From Promethearchaeota archaeon (lineage in GTDB: Archaea > Asgardarchaeota > Lokiarchaeia > Sigyniarchaeales > SOKP01), in assembly GCA_016839555.1 (NCBI GenBank), contig JAEOUA010000003.1, positions 96,001 to 160,000 on the forward strand: a stretch of 64,000 bases of DNA, read 5' to 3'. The translations under genes and the position numbers were made by a program. This document shows positions 58,149 to 64,000 of this stretch, piece by piece (within the stretch, counting starts at the first letter, position 1; the number at the start of each line of letters is the position of its first letter). Under the pieces are notes generated by a model. It was not told the DNA's origin. It worked only from the letters and a program-made list of their open reading frames with translations, and did no database searches.

Positions 58149-60680
58149 TTATCCTATATTTTCCAATACTTCTGTTAATACGATTGGAATGTCCACAATG
58201 TTCATAATATGAATAATTTCTCCTTGAGTTACATCTAAAATCAACTTAGCATAGTTTTTTATATAAGATCTTGAATTTACTCCTAATAAAAATTGAACTT
58301 GTTGATTCAAATATTCTTCTAATTCTTTTTTAATTACAGTTTCTCGCTCAGAAAAAGCACAATCTGTTAATAAAAAACATATTTTTCGCTCTGTTTGAGT
58401 CTTTTCTAATTCGCGTGCTCCCCAAGCTAAGGCTGCTTGCGCTTGAGTACCTCCTCTTGCCCTTAAATCTAGAAGTTCATCAGCAACATCTTCTAAACTC
58501 CTTGAATCACCAAATTTTTTTACTACATGGGTATTTGATTCAAAGAAACAGATCGCTACCTCATCAGCCCGCAAGCTACCAATCAAAACCATAACAGCAA
58601 TTGAACAAGCAGCAAGTTTCATTCCACTCATAGAACCTGAAATATCCAACAAGAAGCAGATTGAGACTCTTCCTTTTTCAGTTTGTCTGACTAATAAATC
58701 TTCGGCGGTAATCATTTCTACGGACTTTCCCTGCATTATTATATTTTCAATAGATGCATCTATATTGATTAAGTCAAAATCATCTCCTAATATGAATGGT
58801 CTTAATTGATTAGTTGGAATCAATCCCTTCTCACCGCTCCCTCTTTGATTAGAAATCATATTTAAAGCGATTTTAATAAGGGCATCTTTAACGAGATTCT
58901 TTACAAAATCTTTTAGATGTCGAGGAATTTGGTGTCGATGATAAAACCATTGAATTATTAGATTTTCACCTGGTCCAGCGCTAAGAGATTCTGCGACTCT
59001 TCTCTGAGCGTTTTGTCCATAACCAGCAGCTGACTTAAATGCATTACCAATATGGTGATGACTAAGGGCTCCTAATCCTTGAAAATTATCTAAATCTAAG
59101 GCGATCTTCATAAGTTCATTCATTTGTATTTGAGTTAATTTAATCTTTTTCATTATATTTGTATAGCGCTCAAAATTTCCAATATTTTGTTCATACATAG
59201 TTTTTAACAATTTATAATTACCTCCAAATATTTCAATTATTATTTCTTCTGTTATCCCAATCTTTTTCCCAATTTCAATGACTTTTTCTTGCTGTAGTGG
59301 AACTAGATTAGATATTAACGATTTAAGTACATTTTCAAATTGGTCTATGTCATCTGCTACTTCTAATGCTTTTATTCCAGCTTTTACGGCATTTTCAACG
59401 AGAGCATTATAACAAGATTCAAATTTTGCTTGATTAGATAAACTTATTAGTTTATTAGCTAAATCCGCAAGATCATAACTAGCTCTTCCGTTATTATTAA
59501 TATATTCAGTTATTTTTATATCAATAATGTTATTTAACATTGTTTTCCATTCATTTTTATCTGCTTGCGCTTGAAAAAGTTCTGGTAAAGAAGGAGATGG
59601 ATTTTTTTTTGCCCAAATGTCAAAAAATTCATTATTCAATTGGGATTTAAATCTTTTATCTAATGCTCTTGTTTGATTAAAGCCCATACCGGGATCTTTT
59701 CTAATAGTATTTGACATCACTTTTTTATGGTCAAATGATGGAATATAATCTAAAACATCCGATATTTCATAAATATCCATCATATCTTCAATCTTATTAA
59801 CTAATTCGTTAGCAAGTGTATCTAATTTTGATTTTTCCATTCCTAATTTTTTAAGATAGTTCAAAGAGCGTGCTGAAGCTCCAACATCTTCATTTTTAAT
59901 AATATTTTCAAGAGAATGTTGGAATTCAGGAGAATTCATCAAAAATTGAGCAGTAATATTGATCCAAGGTATGTTAGATTGATCTAAAATATCCTTTCCC
60001 CAATTAAGATTTGTAGCAGACTTAATATCTAATGGAGAGAGGTCGTTCATTTCTCTAAGTATAGTTTTATGACAATCATCTTTTAAGCTATTCACATCTT
60101 TTATTCCTTGCTCCAGAATATATCTATAATTATATCTCTGTTCAATAATATCTCTTAGACTTTTATAAGGCTCTTCATTTTGATCCGCTTTCTCATAAAG
60201 TTCATTAACAAAATCCATCAAACTGGATAAATCTTCTAGTGTTTTATCCATTAATTCTTCTGTATCTACATTTTCAATATCAAGTTCTGAATCAAAAATT
60301 TCTAAAAATTCATCCATAAAATCAGTTTTTTGATCAACTGATTTTATTGTTCCGGTTGTTTGCTGTTTTTTTTTATTTGATTTTTTTTCCTGCCCGAAAA
60401 TAATTTTAAAAGCGATTTCTCGAGCGATAGATTGATCCTCGACTGGTGTTGTAATGACGGCAGCTTTGATAAAATCATCGGGAATTAGTTCAAATTTTCG
60501 ATAATACATCGCCGTGATTAATTTAGGAATGGCAATAGCCTGCCGAGTGCTTGGAGTATTTTGTAATCTTCCTTTATTTCTTCTCATTTGATAAATAAAC
60601 TCAATAGCAAATGATATTGGTTTCCATTCTATAATTTTATTATTTACATAGTCACCAATATTTCCATAATCAATATCCAT
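58149..60680 (-). CDS. vWA domain protein, partner of MoxR AAA+ ATPase
   Basis: C-terminal MIDAS DISGS, GGT and LTD; long helical N-terminal region. Confidence 0.85.
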   Translation of the reverse strand: MDIDYGNIGDYVNNKIIEWKPISFAIEFIYQMRRNKGRLQNTPSTRQAIAIPKLITAMYYRKFELIPDDFIKAAVITTPVEDQSIAREIAFKIIFGQEKKSNKKKQQTTGTIKSVDQKTDFMDEFLEIFDSELDIENVDTEELMDKTLEDLSSLMDFVNELYEKADQNEEPYKSLRDIIEQRYNYRYILEQGIKDVNSLKDDCHKTILREMNDLSPLDIKSATNLNWGKDILDQSNIPWINITAQFLMNSPEFQHSLENIIKNEDVGASARSLNYLKKLGMEKSKLDTLANELVNKIEDMMDIYEISDVLDYIPSFDHKKVMSNTIRKDPGMGFNQTRALDKRFKSQLNNEFFDIWAKKNPSPSLPELFQAQADKNEWKTMLNNIIDIKITEYINNNGRASYDLADLANKLISLSNQAKFESCYNALVENAVKAGIKALEVADDIDQFENVLKSLISNLVPLQQEKVIEIGKKIGITEEIIIEIFGGNYKLLKTMYEQNIGNFERYTNIMKKIKLTQIQMNELMKIALDLDNFQGLGALSHHHIGNAFKSAAGYGQNAQRRVAESLSAGPGENLIIQWFYHRHQIPRHLKDFVKNLVKDALIKIALNMISNQRGSGEKGLIPTNQLRPFILGDDFDLINIDASIENIIMQGKSVEMITAEDLLVRQTEKGRVSICFLLDISGSMSGMKLAACSIAVMVLIGSLRADEVAICFFESNTHVVKKFGDSRSLEDVADELLDLRARGGTQAQAALAWGARELEKTQTERKICFLLTDCAFSERETVIKKELEEYLNQQVQFLLGVNSRSYIKNYAKLILDVTQGEIIHIMNIVDIPIVLTEVLENIG

Positions 60681-60758
60681 CTTTTATCAGTATGCTTTTC
60701 ATACTTTTTTTATAATATAATCCATAAATTAATTTGCTTAGAATTTATAGAAGAGGAA

Positions 60759-61667
60759 TTAAGCTACTCCAACAACTTTTGTTAATATCTTTCTCATAAA
60801 TTGGTCTACATTTCTTCCTGGGCGTAATTGAATGGAATCTGGTAGAATTAATTTTGCAGATTCTGCGATTAATTTATTATCAACCTTCACTTTAAGGCGT
60901 TGGGCTCTTTGTGAAACAAATCTAGCAATTCCAATGCTTGTTCGTAAGCTAGGTGGCTTTTCGACTTCTGAATCCTCCCTACACTGAATCATTAACTCTA
61001 TTATTTTTTCTTGAGTAAGCGCTGATAAATTATATTCAGGACAATTAGAAATCATAATTTTTTGTTCCAGCGATTTTGGAGGATATTCTAGATGTATCCA
61101 AACTTTTATTCTATCTTTAATAGCTGAAGGTAATTTCCGGGTTCCTTTTAATTCCGCAGGATTCATGGCAGCAATCACATAAAACTTATCTTTTGCTTTC
61201 AACCATGTCTTTAATTGAGGAATATATAGGCGACGTTCTTCCATAGCATCTAGCATACTATTTAATACATATTCATCTCCTCTATTTAATTCATTAGCAA
61301 GAAATACTCCTCCTTTAAGGGCTGCTAGTGAAAATGGGCCTGGTGTATAGGAATCAGGTGAAAATCCATATTTAAACACAAGAGAGGGATCGAAAGAACC
61401 AATTAATGTTGCTGGACGTACCAAATCGGAGAAAGTTATCCAATAAAATTCCTGATTTAGATCGTATGCAAATTTTCTACATAGAGCGGTTTTTCCACAA
61501 CCTACGGGTCCAACTAATCCCACAAATAATCCTGCATTATATGCATCCATCATTGCTTCGTATGCATATTTATACTGTCCCTCCAATACTAGATTAATTT
61601 CTTCTCGTATATCTACTATTTTGCTCTCTTCCATTAATTCTGAGAATTCTTTAATTTGTTTAGACAT
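60759..61667 (-). CDS. MoxR/CoxD-like AAA+ ATPase
   Basis: Walker A GPVGCGKT, Walker-B-like FLANELNR, AAMNP, arginine finger KDR and PSLR sensor. Confidence 0.85.
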   Translation of the reverse strand: MSKQIKEFSELMEESKIVDIREEINLVLEGQYKYAYEAMMDAYNAGLFVGLVGPVGCGKTALCRKFAYDLNQEFYWITFSDLVRPATLIGSFDPSLVFKYGFSPDSYTPGPFSLAALKGGVFLANELNRGDEYVLNSMLDAMEERRLYIPQLKTWLKAKDKFYVIAAMNPAELKGTRKLPSAIKDRIKVWIHLEYPPKSLEQKIMISNCPEYNLSALTQEKIIELMIQCREDSEVEKPPSLRTSIGIARFVSQRAQRLKVKVDNKLIAESAKLILPDSIQLRPGRNVDQFMRKILTKVVGVA

Positions 61668-61746
61668 TTTTTTTTTTCTTAATTTTTTGGTTTTTTATTT
61701 CTCTATCTTTTTATATCTTTAATTTTAAAATTTTTTTGAATTTATT

Positions 61747-62271
61747 TTACTTTTTAAAAAAGCTCTCGGTTTCTGTTGGCTGAACAACTATTGGTAATTC
61801 ATAATTGAGTTTTTTAATAGCGCTAATTATTTTCTCGTATTCTTCTTGATTTAATACACTTTTGCGGGAAAAATCTAATTTTTCCATAATAAATTCTCCA
61901 AAGTAAGTGCGTTTAAGTTCTTGAATATAATATTTTTTCCCTTTTTTTTCTACTTGACAATTTTTAAGTTCTTCAATTCTTTTTAATAAGATTATTTTAA
62001 CAAGGGGTATCCAAATTTTATTTTTCTTTAATTCTTCAAAAATAAAATCCCTATGATTTAATTCCTCCTTTTTTACCATAGAAATAACCTCTTTTAAAAA
62101 GCTAATAAAGAATTGTCTTTCATAATTCTCTAAGGAATTAGTGCTATTAATTTTATTTTTAAGCTTTTGAAATATCTTTTCTATTTGTTGATTATTTGGG
62201 TCACTATAAAAGGTTTGAAATTCGGTTTTGAATTTAGTTAAAAAATTGATATATTTTTCTTCTTGCGACAT
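61747..62271 (-). CDS. hypothetical protein
   Basis: 174-aa ORF co-oriented between the Rad50-like and MoxR genes. Confidence 0.6.
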   Translation of the reverse strand: MSQEEKYINFLTKFKTEFQTFYSDPNNQQIEKIFQKLKNKINSTNSLENYERQFFISFLKEVISMVKKEELNHRDFIFEELKKNKIWIPLVKIILLKRIEELKNCQVEKKGKKYYIQELKRTYFGEFIMEKLDFSRKSVLNQEEYEKIISAIKKLNYELPIVVQPTETESFFKK

Positions 62272-62298
62272 TTCATTAAATCTCTTAATTTTTTTTTT

Positions 62299-64000
62299 TT
62301 ATTTTTTTATTTCAATTTTATTATTACATTGAATTTTATCTATATCTTGATGAGTTATCAGAATAACTTGAGTAGAATCTGAAATATTTGATATATTTGA
62401 CAAAAGAGTTTTTCTATTATTTTCATCTATAAATTCGGTAGGCTCGTCAATTAAAAGAAATGTCGAATTTCCAATTATTTTATTTAAAGCGAATTTATAA
62501 GAAAGTCCAAGAATTAATTGATATCCTCCTCCTTCATAAACAGAAGCAGGATAATAAATTTTCGATTCCTTACCTTTTGGAATAACAGATAGACTATAAT
62601 CCTTATTATCAATACATACCTTTTCAAACTCATCTTCAGAAGAAAATAATTTATAACTTTTCAAAATATCTTCTTCTAAGGTTATAGAAACATTATTACG
62701 AATTATCTGTTGTACTTGTTTGAAGATCTGTTGAAAATTGCGATATTTTTCTGCTAATTCATATTTAGTGTGTAAAATTTGGATTTTTTTCTCTGTTTGC
62801 GCTATTTCTTTATCTAATCTTTTAATTTGCTTCTTAGTTTCATCAATATCTTCTGATATTTGTTCATTCTGTTGTTTAAGATGATTTAGAGTAGTAGAGA
62901 GTTCTGAGATTTTGAAAATAATTGCCTCTTTTAATTCATCTCTTATATGAAGTGCGTTTTCAAGATTTCTATTCGCTTCATAATCATTTATTTTCTTTAA
63001 AATTATTTCTAAAGTAGTAATGAAATTATCAGAACTATCTAAAGATTTTAAATTTTCTTTCAATTCATTTTTTAAATTTTCAAATAGTTTCGAGAGATCT
63101 GCTTTTTGCTGATTAAAATCTTCTTCCCCTTTTTTTTTCTCTTCCTGTATTATTGTTAATTTCTTTACGTATTCTTTATATTGATTTAAAAATGCTTTCG
63201 ACTCATTAAGTTTTTTACTAATTTCGTCATGTTCTTCTCTTATTGAATTTAATTTCTTCTGATTATTTTGTAATAATTTATTTTGCTCCTCTATATTATT
63301 ATTTAATTCTATAATATCCTTATTTAACCCATCCTCGAAGGAAGCATTTAAAGAATTTTCCATTTCATTAATTTTATTTATTAGATTATTTAACTTAATT
63401 TTTTCCTCAAATTGAGTCTTCTCTTCAACTCTTAATTGTAAAAAATTTTTATTAATTTCCTTTTTTTCTTGCTCTTGTTTGGCTAAATCTTTTTCTAAAT
63501 TTTGTAATTTTTCCTTACAATCTTTTATTTCTCGCAAAATTTTTGAGGAGTCTATAGGAGCGCCACAATATTCACAAGTTTGATTATTTTTATTTGATTC
63601 TCTTCTTTTTAATATTCCTTCTATATCGCCCTTTTCTCTTTCACTATTTCTAATAGAATTTTGAAGTTCTAATTGTAATTTCTCTAATTTGATTATTTCA
63701 TTTTTTATTTTTTTCAAATTTTCTTTAACTTTCTTAACTTTATCTTTTAGTTCTGTCTTTTCTCCATATTCATTTTTAAAAGAATCTAATTGTTTTAACG
63801 ATTTTTGCTTTTGTTTTTTAAGACTCTCCTTTTCTATCTTTAGAGTTTCATTCTCTCGAATTTGGTTATGGAGATGGGTAATATCTTCATTTAATTTAGT
63901 TTCTTTTATGTTTATTTCATTTAAATCTTGCTCAAGATTGGTAATTTTGGTTATTAAATCTGCCTCCGAACCATATTTTTTTGTATTTTCTTCTATATCC
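62299..64000 (-). CDS. Rad50/SbcC-like SMC ATPase, partial (5' end beyond window)
   Basis: Frame stays open to the window edge; coiled coils, Zn-hook CEYC, signature-like YEGGG, Walker B LLIDEPT and ITH. Confidence 0.8.
   Translation of the reverse strand, partial: DIEENTKKYGSEADLITKITNLEQDLNEINIKETKLNEDITHLHNQIRENETLKIEKESLKKQKQKSLKQLDSFKNEYGEKTELKDKVKKVKENLKKIKNEIIKLEKLQLELQNSIRNSEREKGDIEGILKRRESNKNNQTCEYCGAPIDSSKILREIKDCKEKLQNLEKDLAKQEQEKKEINKNFLQLRVEEKTQFEEKIKLNNLINKINEMENSLNASFEDGLNKDIIELNNNIEEQNKLLQNNQKKLNSIREEHDEISKKLNESKAFLNQYKEYVKKLTIIQEEKKKGEEDFNQQKADLSKLFENLKNELKENLKSLDSSDNFITTLEIILKKINDYEANRNLENALHIRDELKEAIIFKISELSTTLNHLKQQNEQISEDIDETKKQIKRLDKEIAQTEKKIQILHTKYELAEKYRNFQQIFKQVQQIIRNNVSITLEEDILKSYKLFSSEDEFEKVCIDNKDYSLSVIPKGKESKIYYPASVYEGGGYQLILGLSYKFALNKIIGNSTFLLIDEPTEFIDENNRKTLLSNISNISDSTQVILITHQDIDKIQCNNKIEIKK

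Noticed and set aside
3825-61597. Short ORFs antisense to or overlapping well-supported genes (e.g. 3825..4067, 9780..10001, 10056..10337, 11840..12049, 13486..13713, 21289..21603, 25732..26007, 27855..28061, 38480..38737, 45222..45416, 50553..52339 set, 55293..55616, 57861..58043, 61406..61597)
   Set aside because: They are shadows of real genes, with no motifs and reverse-complement-type composition.
1-64000. Selenoprotein read-through/SECIS elements and CRISPR arrays
   Set aside because: I saw no ORF with an in-frame TGA at a conserved Cys position and no regularly spaced repeat-spacer array. A manual scan could miss weak cases.

Overview
A strongly AT-rich archaeal chromosome segment, most likely Asgard (Lokiarchaeia-like). 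The assignment rests on ribosomal protein eL22, two Rab-like GTPases, longin/roadblock proteins, 7TM-longin fusions and an LRR protein sitting among archaeal information-processing genes (aIF2-gamma, aIF1A, TFS, Spt4, Spt5, Rpo10, L7Ae, S28e, S24e, S27ae, Kae1, Bud32). The window also carries tRNA-Leu(CAG), CimA, UvrC, an orphan adenine methyltransferase, a ribose-1,5-bisphosphate isomerase with form III RuBisCO, peptidases, local tandem duplications (25.5-28.9 kb), an accessory island (about 34.4-47 kb) and a MoxR/vWA pair next to a partial Rad50-like gene. The top finding is a circularly permuted 5S rRNA gene at 24703-24823. Its 3' half precedes its 5' half, the two are joined by a UUCG tetraloop capping helix I, and the gene is enclosed by a bulge-helix-bulge-like processing stem. 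Predicted splicing-endonuclease cuts followed by ligation would restore the canonical CCGAACCCGGAA|GUUAA junction as a 121-nt circle. The second finding is an Ile-rich 18-codon leader peptide with an alternative hairpin and U-tract upstream of cimA, a candidate archaeal attenuator. Other observations include a duplicated 120-bp promoter module upstream of spt5 and rpl7ae, and an anomalous kae1 start. All calls were made by eye from the sequence and ORF track; no database searches were run.
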